Source: an uncultured Oleispira sp. (GTDB lineage: Bacteria; Pseudomonadota; Gammaproteobacteria; Pseudomonadales; Oceanobacteraceae). From it: DNA of 64,000 bases. The stretch spans positions 5,847 through 69,846 of the forward strand of contig CAJVZR010000011.1 in NCBI GenBank assembly GCA_913019965.1, read 5' to 3'. The position numbers were made by a program, and so were the translations under genes. The notes below the pieces were generated by a model that saw nothing but the letters and a program-made list of their open reading frames with translations, did not search any database and was not told the origin of the DNA. This document shows positions 1-9,603 of this stretch, in pieces (positions within the stretch are counted from its first letter, which is position 1; every line of letters starts with the position of its first letter).

Positions 1-2102
1 ACACGCTGGCCTAGTTTAAACGGCACACCCTCTGGCGCATCTTCGGCAAAACTTAAATTGGATGAGCTTGAGGCTGTCACGGGGCGAGTTACCGTATTCT
101 TCAAGCGGACTTCTTGTACTAGTTCCGTTGGAATTTCACGAATAAAGCGCGATGGCGTACTGAAATTCTCTTGCCCATGCAAACGACGATTTTCGGCATA
201 GGTGATGACCAGTCGCTCCATCGCACGAGTAATACCGACATACGCTAAGCGACGCTCTTCTTCCAAACCATCAGCACTGTCCATCGACATTTTATGCGGG
301 AATAAGCCTTCTTCTAGTCCTGCCAAAAAGACCAGTGGGAACTCTAAACCTTTTGCCGAGTGCAACGTCATTAATTGCACGGCATCATCATGCTCACTGG
401 CCTGAGTATCGCCGGCATCCAATGCAGCAGTATCTAAGAAAACCGCGAGATCGTATAAGCTATCACCCAAACTTTCTGGATCAACTCCCGATTCTTCTGC
501 AGCCTCTTCGGCCATCATCGCCATATCAACCCCATCTTGGGTAATAAACTGGCGCGCAGCGTTGATCAATTCATCCAGGTTATCTAAGCGCGCTTGCGCC
601 TTTTCACCTTTTTCTTTTTTATGGTGTTCAATCAAACCGGATTGAGCAATCACATGATCAATAACTTCATGCAGTTCTAATTCGCCAGCACCTGATGACA
701 TTGTCTCTATTAGATCAACAAAACCTTGGGCTGCTGTACTCGCTCTTTTAGGCAAAATACCTAAGGAAGCCGATTCACAAACCGCCTGCCACATAGAGCA
801 ACCTTGCTCACGAGCATGGGCACGAATCGTCGCCACGGTTTTATCGCCTAACGCACGTGCAGGCACGTTAATCACGCGCTCTACAGCGGCATCATCATGG
901 CGATTTAAGATTAAACGCAAATAAGCTAAGGCATTTTTAATTTCTAGGCGATCGTAGAAACGCTGGCCACCATAGATACGGTAAGGGATACCTTGGCGAA
1001 TTAAAGATTCTTCTAAAGTGCGCGATTGTGCATTCGAGCGATATAGAATGGCGATGTCTTTGCGGGCACGACCCGTGCCGGAAAACGTCTCAATCTGATC
1101 CGCGATATAGCGTGCTTCATCCTGCTCATTAAATGCCGAATAGACGGCAATTTTTTCGCCTAAATCACCATCCGTTTTTAACTCTTTACCCATACGGCCT
1201 TGGTTATTCTCGATGACCGAGTTGGCGGCATCTAGAATGGTCGCGGTTGAGCGATAATTATGCTCCAGCTTAATCAGCTCAGCACCAGGGTAATCATTCT
1301 GGAAGTTGCGAATATTGGCAATTTTAGCCCCACGCCAGCCATAAATAGACTGATCATCATCCCCCACCGCCATTACAGACACTTGGTCTCCCGCTAACAT
1401 GCGAATCCAAGCGTATTGAATGTCGTTGGTATCCTGAAACTCGTCGACAAGAATATTACGGAAACGACCTTGGTAATGAGCTAATAAATCAGGGTGATGT
1501 AACCATAGCTCGTGAGCGCGTAATAAGATCTCACCAAAATCAACCATGCCGCCTTGCTGGCAAGCTTGCTCGTAGGCTTGATAAACGGCAAGTTGTGTTC
1601 GGCTAAAAGGATCAGCAGAAGGTACTACGTGGGCAGCACGGCGACCTTCATCTTTCTGACCGTTGATATACCACTGCAACTGCTTGGGCGGATATTTAGT
1701 TTCGTCTACACCAGTCGCTTTCAAAATTCGCTTAACCAGTCTTAATTGGTCATCACTATCGAGAATCTGAAAATTTTGCGGTAAGCCCGCTTCACGCCAA
1801 TGCTGCTTTAATAATCGGTGCGCAAGGCCATGGAAAGTCCCAACCCAAAGTCCGTTCACCGGCACTTGGATCAGGTTTTCCAAACGCGCACGCATTTCTT
1901 TAGCGGCTTTATTAGTAAAGGTCACCGCCATAATGGAGAAAGGCGAGACATTCTCGACCTGCAATAACCAGGCGATGCGGTGCACAAGCACTCGAGTCTT
2001 ACCTGTTCCAGCTCCGGCGAGAACCATTTGATGCTTGCTATTAGCGGCAACGGCATTGCGCTGCGGATCATTTAAATGATCTAAAATACTTGATACGTCC
2101 AT
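1..2102 (-). CDS. uvrD: DNA helicase II (UvrD), 3' end runs off the left edge of the window
   Basis: Read by hand on the minus strand from ATG at 2102 (MDVSSILDHLNDPQR). Contains Walker A AGAGTGKTR and LVDEFQDTN. The same frame reads EGVPFKLGQR at the window edge, about 700 codons. Not in the ORF track because its stop is outside the window. Confidence 0.95.
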   Translation of the reverse strand, partial: MDVSSILDHLNDPQRNAVAANSKHQMVLAGAGTGKTRVLVHRIAWLLQVENVSPFSIMAVTFTNKAAKEMRARLENLIQVPVNGLWVGTFHGLAHRLLKQHWREAGLPQNFQILDSDDQLRLVKRILKATGVDETKYPPKQLQWYINGQKDEGRRAAHVVPSADPFSRTQLAVYQAYEQACQQGGMVDFGEILLRAHELWLHHPDLLAHYQGRFRNILVDEFQDTNDIQYAWIRMLAGDQVSVMAVGDDDQSIYGWRGAKIANIRNFQNDYPGAELIKLEHNYRSTATILDAANSVIENNQGRMGKELKTDGDLGEKIAVYSAFNEQDEARYIADQIETFSGTGRARKDIAILYRSNAQSRTLEESLIRQGIPYRIYGGQRFYDRLEIKNALAYLRLILNRHDDAAVERVINVPARALGDKTVATIRAHAREQGCSMWQAVCESASLGILPKRASTAAQGFVDLIETMSSGAGELELHEVIDHVIAQSGLIEHHKKEKGEKAQARLDNLDELINAARQFITQDGVDMAMMAEEAAEESGVDPESLGDSLYDLAVFLDTAALDAGDTQASEHDDAVQLMTLHSAKGLEFPLVFLAGLEEGLFPHKMSMDSADGLEEERRLAYVGITRAMERLVITYAENRRLHGQENFSTPSRFIREIPTELVQEVRLKNTVTRPVTASSSSNLSFAEDAPEGVPFKLGQR

Positions 2103-2217
2103 AACTCAGCAGTGTACCAGAATGCTCGCTTAGCTCCATAGTTGGCTATAAAAAGAACTGGTTATTTATACAGACCCGAATTTAGCAGACCCCTGTTATA
2201 CTGACTCTATCTCTAAA

Positions 2218-3096
2218 TTGGATAGCGCAGTGTCAAAATCAGCCAGTAGCAGTCACGGAATTATTGCCACCATTGAGCAATATCGTAGCAGCATGCGTAA
2301 ATCAGAAGTTAAAGTGGCCGATTATGTCATTCAACATTCTGCTCATGTCATCCACATGCGAATTGTCGATTTAGCACAAGAGGCCCTTGTGAGTGAGCCG
2401 ACGATTGTGCGTTTCTGTCGTGCTATTCAATGTAATGGTTTTCAAGAATTTAAAGTAAAGCTGGCGCAAGACTTAGCAGTAGCGAATAACATCGGCCAGT
2501 TTGCCATTGCGGAAGACGACTCCATTGAAGTCATCTGTGAAAAAGTCGCCGATACCACCATACAAAGATTGCATGAAGTTAAAGAGCAATTATTGCCGAA
2601 CCAAATCGCAAAAGCTTCCTCTGTGATCAGTCGCGCTCGACGATTAGAGTTTTACGGCTTTGGTGCATCCGCTGCCGTTGCAACCGATGCTTTGCACAAA
2701 TTCTTTCGCCTGCAGATTGCTACTGCGACGTATAGCGACCCCCACATGCAATCAATGTCCGCTGTTACTCTAAATGAACAAGATGTCATTGTTGCTATCT
2801 CGCAAAGTGGTCGCACCAAAGATCTATTACATTCGATTAAATTGGCTCAGACCTATAACGCCAGCGTAATCACTTTGGCACCCGAGGGAACACCCATTAG
2901 CTTGGCTGCGGATATACCAATTCACATCAATATTGATGAAGATACTGACCAATTCACCCCAATGACTTCCCGCATTGCCCATCTGATGGTGATCGATATG
3001 CTTGCTATTGCTGTCACACAGCGTCGTGGACCAGATTTTGTCGAACATTTGAACGCAATTAAAGAAAGTATTAAATCACTAAGATTAGAAAATTAA
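2218..3096 (+). CDS. RpiR/HexR-family transcriptional regulator (HTH + SIS domain), resembling Pseudomonas RccR/PA5438
   Basis: N-terminal HTH with VSEPTIVRFCR. SIS domain with EFYGFGAS, HKFFRL, YSDPHMQSMSA, ISQSGRTKDL and TSRIAHL. Start may be TTG 2218 or GTG 2230. Confidence 0.88.
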   Translation: MDSAVSKSASSSHGIIATIEQYRSSMRKSEVKVADYVIQHSAHVIHMRIVDLAQEALVSEPTIVRFCRAIQCNGFQEFKVKLAQDLAVANNIGQFAIAEDDSIEVICEKVADTTIQRLHEVKEQLLPNQIAKASSVISRARRLEFYGFGASAAVATDALHKFFRLQIATATYSDPHMQSMSAVTLNEQDVIVAISQSGRTKDLLHSIKLAQTYNASVITLAPEGTPISLAADIPIHINIDEDTDQFTPMTSRIAHLMVIDMLAIAVTQRRGPDFVEHLNAIKESIKSLRLEN

Positions 3097-3206
3097 CCTA
3101 TTGCAATTAATACAAATACTGTCATGATTTTGTAAACAATAAAAATAACAATCGTAGCTTGAATTTTATTTAAGACTGCGAATTTGCAAGACCCAAGGAG
3201 ATGGAC

Positions 3207-3410
3207 ATGGCTAAGGTAGCTAAAAGCGCATTAAGTGCACATGAAAAATCAATTGAACAAGTTGTTTCTTTCGATAAAGAAGGCAATGTTGTAGTCAACA
3301 AAGAATCCTCTGCATCCAACAAGCTTATGGCACGACGTGCTATTGAAGCTCACCTTGAACGTAAAACACTAGAGAAAGATTTAGACGAATATTATTTCGA
3401 AGGGGTTTAA
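3207..3410 (+). CDS. Small charged hypothetical protein (PA3496/DUF3545-like C-terminal motif)
   Basis: AAGGAG sits 6 nt before ATG 3207 (ORF track starts at 3201). C-terminal ARRAIEAHLERKTLEKDLDEYYF motif. Followed by a terminator. Confidence 0.7.
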   Translation: MAKVAKSALSAHEKSIEQVVSFDKEGNVVVNKESSASNKLMARRAIEAHLERKTLEKDLDEYYFEGV

Positions 3411-3436
3411 TCCCAGTAGTTACTCTTCGCGTCTAG

Positions 3437-3475
3437 AAAAAAGCCCAGTCATTGAACTGGGCTTTTACGTTTTTG
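3437..3475. terminator. Bidirectional intrinsic terminator between the small ORF and glmS
   Basis: AAAAGCCCAGT-cattga-ACTGGGCTTTT hairpin with A/T tracts on both sides, between convergent genes. Confidence 0.85.
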
Positions 3476-3523
3476 GTCTACAGAAAATTGAATAACCATT
3501 CAATGAGTTATTCAATTTTTTAC

Positions 3524-5365
3524 TTACTCAACCGTAACCGATTTTGCTAGGTTACGCGGCTGGTCTACATCTGTGCCTTTTAAAACCGCAACGTGGTATG
3601 ACAATAACTGCAACGGAACACAATATACTATTGGCTCTATGCAGCTAGGCACAGTAGGCAAAGGCAATAGGTGCTGATCATCAAGATCATGCAGATTCAC
3701 GGACTCATCCGCAAAAACAAACAACTCACCACCACGAGCCTTCACTTCTTCTAAGTTAGAAATGAGTTTTTCTAGCAAGTCATTTTTCGGAGCCACGGTA
3801 ACGATGGGCATATTCTCATCAACCAAGGCTAAAGGTCCGTGTTTCAACTCACCCGCAGGATAAGCTTCTGCATGAATATAAGAAATCTCTTTCAGCTTCA
3901 AAGCGCCTTCTTGAGCAATCGGGTACATAGGACCACGACCTAAGAATAAACTGTGCTGCTTATCGGCAAATAACTGACTGATTTTCTTAATGGCAGGATC
4001 AAGAACCAAGGCCTGATCAACGAAGCTAGGCAATTGATGCAAAGCCGTGACAATTTCAGTTTCCGTCTCTTCACTCATACCATTGCGCTTGGCAAGCGCA
4101 ACTGTCAGCAGCAACAAGGCCGTTAGTTGCGTTGTAAAAGCTTTCGTTGATGCAACGCCAATCTCAGGACCAGCATTGGTCATTAAACATAGATCAGATT
4201 CACGTACCAAAGAAGACCCAGGTACGTTACAAACTGTCATGCTCGCCAGCAGACCTTTTTCTTTCGCTTTTCTTAAAGCGGCTAATGTATCGGCGGTTTC
4301 CCCAGACTGGGAAATGGTAATCAGCAAGGTGTTTTTCGCTAATACCGTATGACGATAGCGATACTCACTGGCCACTTCAACCTGACAAGGTATACCCGCA
4401 TATTTCTCAATCCAGTATTTAGTCACCATACCGGAATGATAACTGGTGCCGCAGGCAATGATCTGCACAGCTTCAACTTTATCGAGTAATTCACCGGCAT
4501 TAACACCAAAAGCCTGATCCAAAACTTTAGTTTCAGAAATACGGCCTTCTAAGCATTGCTTGATCACAGTTGGCTGCTCAAAGGTTTCTTTCAGCATATA
4601 ATGCTTATATTCACCTTTGTCTGCGGTACCGATTTTATAATCGAAGACGCTGATTTCACGCTCAACTATCTGCTGTGTTTTATCAAAAATTGTTAGCGCA
4701 TCGCGACGAACGTGAGCCAAATCGCCTTCTTCTAAATAGATAAAACGATCAGTCACTTGCAATAACGCCAGCGGATCAGAACCCACATAATGCTCATGCA
4801 TACCTACACCAATAACCAAGGGAGATCCTTGGCGAGCAACCCACAACTCGTCTTGATTGCCCTTTTGCATAATCGCGAGAGCATAAGCCCCCTCAAGATG
4901 AGCGATTGCATTTTTAACCGATTGAGCAAAATCGTGCTGCTGTAACTCACGATGAATCAAATGCACAACCACTTCTGAATCCGTTTCAGAGTTGAAAACA
5001 TAACCCTGAGCTTTTAACTCAGTTTTCAATTCTTGGTAGTTTTCAATGATGCCGTTATGCACTAATACCACATCATCCGACGACATATGTGGATGCGCAT
5101 TCGCTTCGCTTGGCACACCGTGAGTTGCCCAGCGAGTATGAGCAATACCAATATTGCCCTGTAAACCCTGCTCGCCTTTTTCCGCTTGTATCGCTTTTTC
5201 TAATTCAATGACCTTACCCAGAGCACGAGTACGCTGAATATCGCCTTCATTATTTAATACCGCTAATCCCGCTGAATCATAACCACGGTATTCAAGGCGA
5301 CGCAGGCCTTCTAATAAAATCTCACTAACATTACGCTGAGCAATAGCACCAACAATTCCGCACAT
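3524..5365 (-). CDS. glmS: Glutamine--fructose-6-phosphate aminotransferase (isomerizing)
   Basis: N-terminal MCGIVG nucleophile Cys, GIAHTRWATHG, SQSGETADT, C-terminal DVDQPRNLAKSVTVE. Confidence 0.99.
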   Translation of the reverse strand: MCGIVGAIAQRNVSEILLEGLRRLEYRGYDSAGLAVLNNEGDIQRTRALGKVIELEKAIQAEKGEQGLQGNIGIAHTRWATHGVPSEANAHPHMSSDDVVLVHNGIIENYQELKTELKAQGYVFNSETDSEVVVHLIHRELQQHDFAQSVKNAIAHLEGAYALAIMQKGNQDELWVARQGSPLVIGVGMHEHYVGSDPLALLQVTDRFIYLEEGDLAHVRRDALTIFDKTQQIVEREISVFDYKIGTADKGEYKHYMLKETFEQPTVIKQCLEGRISETKVLDQAFGVNAGELLDKVEAVQIIACGTSYHSGMVTKYWIEKYAGIPCQVEVASEYRYRHTVLAKNTLLITISQSGETADTLAALRKAKEKGLLASMTVCNVPGSSLVRESDLCLMTNAGPEIGVASTKAFTTQLTALLLLTVALAKRNGMSEETETEIVTALHQLPSFVDQALVLDPAIKKISQLFADKQHSLFLGRGPMYPIAQEGALKLKEISYIHAEAYPAGELKHGPLALVDENMPIVTVAPKNDLLEKLISNLEEVKARGGELFVFADESVNLHDLDDQHLLPLPTVPSCIEPIVYCVPLQLLSYHVAVLKGTDVDQPRNLAKSVTVE

Positions 5366-5386
5366 ATTCTTATTATTCCGCTTAAA

Positions 5387-6775
5387 TTATTTTTCAGTTT
5401 TCACTGGACGCTGCCAGCCACTGATATTTCTTTGCTTGCTGCGGGCGACGGCCAACTCTTCCGCCGCGACGTCTTTTGTTATCGTAGAGCCTGCAGCGAC
5501 GGTGGCGTTTGCACCGACGTTAATAGGTGCAACTAATGACGTATTAGAACCAATAAAGGCATTTTCACCAATTTCAGTTTTAAACTTGTTCACACCGTCG
5601 TAATTGCAAGTGATCGTACCAGCACCGATATTAGATCCGGCACCAATGCTCGCATCACCTATATAGGTTAGATGATTTACCTTAGCCCCGGCGCCTATTT
5701 GAGATTTTTTCACTTCACAGAAATTACCGACTTTAGCGCCATCGGCTAGCTCAGCCCCCGGGCGTAAACGTGCATAAGGTCCAATCACGCAAGATTCCGC
5801 GACTTGAGCATCTTCTATATGCGAGAAGGCTTCTACTTTCGTACCCGCCGCTAAGGTTGAATTTTTAATAATACAATTCGGACCGACTTCAACACCGTCA
5901 CCTAATATCACTTGGCCTTCGATGATCACATTCACATCAATTACGACGTCATTACCTACGGTTAACCCTGTATTCTTATTGTCACCTAGACGAATATCCA
6001 GACGAGCAGGGTCCAAAATCGTCACCCCATTAGCCATCAAGTTATTCACCTGCTGAGCTTGATACCAACGCTCAAGCTCAGCTTGTTGCTGACGGTTGTT
6101 TACGCCGTAGGTTTCTTGTTCATTGGCAGGCTGTAATGTTTCTACTGTTAAACCATTGGCAACTGCCATGGCAATGATATCGGTTAAATAATATTCGCCT
6201 TGAGCATTATCATTACTCAAGGTTGGTAACCATTGATGAAGTTTTGCGGTGGGTACCGCCAAAATGCCGGTATTCACTTCTTTAATTTCGAGCTGCGCTT
6301 CATTGGCATCTTTATGCTCAACAATCGCGGTCACTTTATGCTCGGCATCGCGAACGATACGACCATAGCCCGTACTATCGGCCATATTAACGGTTAATAA
6401 ACCCAACTGTTGGTCATTCGCCAGCGCGATTAATTCTTTTAACGTAGATGGCTGAGTCAAAGGGACATCACCATAAAGAATTAGCGTTGTGCCTTCTGCC
6501 GCTAGGCTATCCAAAGCCATCATTACCGCATGACCTGTACCTTTTTGCTCAGCCTGCAACGCCCAAGTCAGGTTTTCTTCATCTGCAAATGCTGTTTTAA
6601 CTTTTTCAGCACCATGACCAATGACCACATGCATCGCATCCGCTTGAACGGCTTTAGCGCTGTCTAATACGTGAGCAAGCATTGGCTTACCCGCGATAGG
6701 GTGTAGAACTTTAGGGAGTTGTGATTTCATGCGCGAGCCTTGGCCGGCTGCGAGTACTACGACATCGATAGTCAT
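5387..6775 (-). CDS. glmU: Bifunctional UDP-GlcNAc pyrophosphorylase / glucosamine-1-phosphate N-acetyltransferase
   Basis: LAAGQGSRMKS motif, NAQGEYYLTD, hexapeptide repeats, CNYDGVNK. Likely start is ATG 6775 (MTIDVVVLAAG), not the extended ORF-track start at 6847. Confidence 0.98.
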   Translation of the reverse strand: MTIDVVVLAAGQGSRMKSQLPKVLHPIAGKPMLAHVLDSAKAVQADAMHVVIGHGAEKVKTAFADEENLTWALQAEQKGTGHAVMMALDSLAAEGTTLILYGDVPLTQPSTLKELIALANDQQLGLLTVNMADSTGYGRIVRDAEHKVTAIVEHKDANEAQLEIKEVNTGILAVPTAKLHQWLPTLSNDNAQGEYYLTDIIAMAVANGLTVETLQPANEQETYGVNNRQQQAELERWYQAQQVNNLMANGVTILDPARLDIRLGDNKNTGLTVGNDVVIDVNVIIEGQVILGDGVEVGPNCIIKNSTLAAGTKVEAFSHIEDAQVAESCVIGPYARLRPGAELADGAKVGNFCEVKKSQIGAGAKVNHLTYIGDASIGAGSNIGAGTITCNYDGVNKFKTEIGENAFIGSNTSLVAPINVGANATVAAGSTITKDVAAEELAVARSKQRNISGWQRPVKTEK

Positions 6776-6959
6776 TATTATTCTTTGCTTCCATGTATTG
6801 GACAACGTGTTGCCTATAAAAGATATAAATATAGCTAAGCAACACAATTTTGTAATAATCGGTCAGTCTAGGGGTTTTGAAAACATTTACAATTGATTTT
6901 GTCACAAATAAAATGACAATGAATTATCATCTCGTTATATACATAATGAATACGAAACC

Positions 6960-7691
6960 ATGAACCTAACCTCTCTTAAATCTTTGGATTTAACTGATCG
7001 AGAGATTGCCGTCTACCTTGCATTACTAGAACTCGGCCCTGCCTCTATTCGCGACCTCGCAGCTAAAGCAGATATTAACCGTGGCAGCACTTACGAAACC
7101 TTAAAAGTATTGGTCAAAAAAGGCATCGTCAATTATCTCCCCAAGGGCAAACGCCGAATCTTTCAGGCCGAAGACCCTTCAAGATTATTAGATCTTGCTG
7201 AAGAAAAGCAGCAAGAACTGGAATCGACGCTAGCCAGTTTAAAGACCGATATCATTCCTGCCTTACGTCATTTAAAGCCAGAATTTGCGACCAGTAATGT
7301 TCGTTTCTACGAAGGAGATGAGGGAGTCGAGTATGTTTTAAAAGACATCCTTAGCTCAACCGATAAGGCGGACAAATCTTACTCGGTCATCTCTACCCAA
7401 GCCTTACGTGAACACCTGTACCGCCCTTTCCCAACATTTACTAAGCAGCGCATTGCTAAAGGTATTTTTGTAAGGGTACTCGCAATTGGTGAAGGTGGCG
7501 ACGAAGCTGAATTAGCAGAGCGAAAATGGATGAAAGGCGAAGGGGATGCCTCATACATTGCCATTTATCCACCTAAAGTCGCCATGATCAGCTTAACCAA
7601 AAATGACTTTCCAGTTGCCGTAGTGATTGATAGTGATGCCATATCTGGTACGCACCAGATGATGTTCGATACTTTGTGGAAGGCTCTTTAG
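6960..7691 (+). CDS. TrmB-like winged-helix transcriptional regulator
   Basis: N-terminal LTDREIAVYLALLELGPASIRDLAAKADINRGSTYETLKVLVKKGIV (TrmB HTH), then a coiled coil, FYEGDEGV and a short C-terminal effector-binding domain. Confidence 0.8.
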   Translation: MNLTSLKSLDLTDREIAVYLALLELGPASIRDLAAKADINRGSTYETLKVLVKKGIVNYLPKGKRRIFQAEDPSRLLDLAEEKQQELESTLASLKTDIIPALRHLKPEFATSNVRFYEGDEGVEYVLKDILSSTDKADKSYSVISTQALREHLYRPFPTFTKQRIAKGIFVRVLAIGEGGDEAELAERKWMKGEGDASYIAIYPPKVAMISLTKNDFPVAVVIDSDAISGTHQMMFDTLWKAL

Positions 7692-7703
7692 AAAAATTAG
7701 ACT

Positions 7704-8678
7704 ATGCTCAATCCAAAGGATATTGTTTTTCTGGAGAACATAGTGGCAGAGCAAAAGTTTCGTTTAGTAACCCGCAGTGATTTTGATGGCCTAGTATGTG
7801 CCGTACTATTCAAAGATTTAGGGATGATCGATGACATCCTTTTTGTTCACCCGAAAGACATGCAAGACGGCATAATTGATATTGGTCCCAACGATATCAC
7901 CACTAATTTGCCCTATGTTGCAGGTTGCCACTTGAGCTTTGATCACCACGCCTCTGAAGTAAAGCGTCGAGGCGATAACGATCCTGAAAATCACATTATT
8001 GATACTGAGGCCCCTTCTGCTGCTCGAGTTGTGTATGACTACTATGGTGGCCGTACTCGCTTTCCAGAAATATCTCTAGAAATGATGGATGCCGTTGATA
8101 AATCGGATTCTGCTCAATTCAGCAAAGATGAAATCCTGAACCCCACAGGTTGGGTATTGCTGAATTTCCTTATGGACTCTCGTACAGGCTTAGGCCGTTT
8201 CCGCGAATTCCGTGTTAGTAATTACCAGTTAATGATGGAGCTGATTGATTATTGTCGCGACCATAATATCGATCAGATCCTACAACTCGATGACGTTAAA
8301 GAACGCGTAGAACTTTATAATGATCATCGCCAGCAATTTGAAGATCAATTAAGACGCTGCACCTCAGTGCATAACAACTTAGTTGTATTAGATTTACGTG
8401 ACGAAGAAATCATCTACGCGGGCAATCGCTTTATGATTTATGCCCTTTTCCCTGAGCAAAACATTTCTATCCATGTGCTTTGGGGTTTGAAAAAGCAAAA
8501 TACCGTATTCGCCATAGGCGGCTCTATCATCAACCGCAGTCATAAAACCCATATTGGTGAACTTTGCTTAGAGCATGCAGGCGGAGGCCATCGTAATGCA
8601 GGGACTTGTCAGGTTGATAATGACAAATATTCAGATGTCTTAGCCGAGTTAATAAAGCGAATTAACCAAGACGGTTAA
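7704..8678 (+). CDS. DHH/DHHA1-family phosphoesterase (nanoRNase / pGpG phosphodiesterase-like; often annotated exopolyphosphatase-related)
   Basis: RLVTRSDFDG (DxD motif), FDHH (DHH motif) and C-terminal GGGHRNAGT (DHHA1 motif). True start may be GTG 7743. Confidence 0.82.
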   Translation: MLNPKDIVFLENIVAEQKFRLVTRSDFDGLVCAVLFKDLGMIDDILFVHPKDMQDGIIDIGPNDITTNLPYVAGCHLSFDHHASEVKRRGDNDPENHIIDTEAPSAARVVYDYYGGRTRFPEISLEMMDAVDKSDSAQFSKDEILNPTGWVLLNFLMDSRTGLGRFREFRVSNYQLMMELIDYCRDHNIDQILQLDDVKERVELYNDHRQQFEDQLRRCTSVHNNLVVLDLRDEEIIYAGNRFMIYALFPEQNISIHVLWGLKKQNTVFAIGGSIINRSHKTHIGELCLEHAGGGHRNAGTCQVDNDKYSDVLAELIKRINQDG

Positions 8679-8714
8679 TGCGCTTTATTAACTCTATCGA
8701 TTTCAGAAGACCGA

Positions 8715-9584
8715 TTATACGGTCTTCATTCCTTCAATTTTATGCCAATAACCATTACAAAAACCCTCTAGCGATATACGACTATGGTTTACCAAAGCGC
8801 TCTGAAATTTATCCAGCCAATCAAATACTTCTAATGAATGCGGGCTCATTCGTACAATATCCACCAACCCCGTCATCGAAGGCAAATCATTGATCAAATT
8901 TTGAATCGTTCCCGACATGGTTTGGATACCATTCATACGGAATAACTCCGCCCCTTCTTGGCTATCGACCTTGCGACCTTCGGGATATTTAATACAGCAC
9001 AAACCACATTGATCCTTCGGTCGATTTTCTGACCGTGCAGTAAAGCAGCGCGCTGAATACGCTAACGGCAAATAGCCATAGCCGTATACTTCCGTTTCAA
9101 ATTTATCTTTAATTCCTAACTCTTCGCAGCCATTTGAGACGTTTAATAACCAGTCTCTCGATAGTTCAACCGGCGCGACCCAGCGTTGCATCCCTCGGTC
9201 TAATAAGATTTTCAAGTCATACTGGTTATAAATATTCAACGCAGCACCGGCAACAAAAGGGATTTTCGCTTGCGATAATATTTCCACAGCACCAAAGTCA
9301 TTCGCTTCAACGCTCAACTCACCATTGAGACAAACCTTCTTCAAGGTAGCTAACTCACTCTTGGCTTCCAATAAGGCAAGACTCGATAACACAACAGATT
9401 TATCTTTCTTTGACAGTTCACTGCCTATTTCAATCCAGTCACCTAGTCTTAATTCTCGGCGCTTTGAACAAACCGACTCGCCTAAGTAAACATGCTCTAC
9501 ATTAGAATCGGCGAGCTTTTGATAAAAATCGTTGGTGCTTTCTTTATCCCAATAAAATTGGATATTCCCCATCGAAAATTCCAT
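8715..9584 (-). CDS. ubiV: O2-independent ubiquinone biosynthesis protein UbiV (U32 family, Fe-S)
   Basis: MEFSMGNIQFYW start (ATG 9584), YLGESVCSKRR, LPLAYSARCFTAR, CGLCC and NGIQT. Lies directly downstream of ubiU. Confidence 0.9.
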   Translation of the reverse strand: MEFSMGNIQFYWDKESTNDFYQKLADSNVEHVYLGESVCSKRRELRLGDWIEIGSELSKKDKSVVLSSLALLEAKSELATLKKVCLNGELSVEANDFGAVEILSQAKIPFVAGAALNIYNQYDLKILLDRGMQRWVAPVELSRDWLLNVSNGCEELGIKDKFETEVYGYGYLPLAYSARCFTARSENRPKDQCGLCCIKYPEGRKVDSQEGAELFRMNGIQTMSGTIQNLINDLPSMTGLVDIVRMSPHSLEVFDWLDKFQSALVNHSRISLEGFCNGYWHKIEGMKTV

Positions 9585-9603
9585 AGCGTCTTCCCTCTTA
9601 ATC

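Noticed and set aside
6776-6847. N-terminal extension of GlmU given by the ORF track
   Set aside because: GlmU homology begins at MTIDVVVLAAG (ATG 6775); the extension lies in the AT-rich promoter region.
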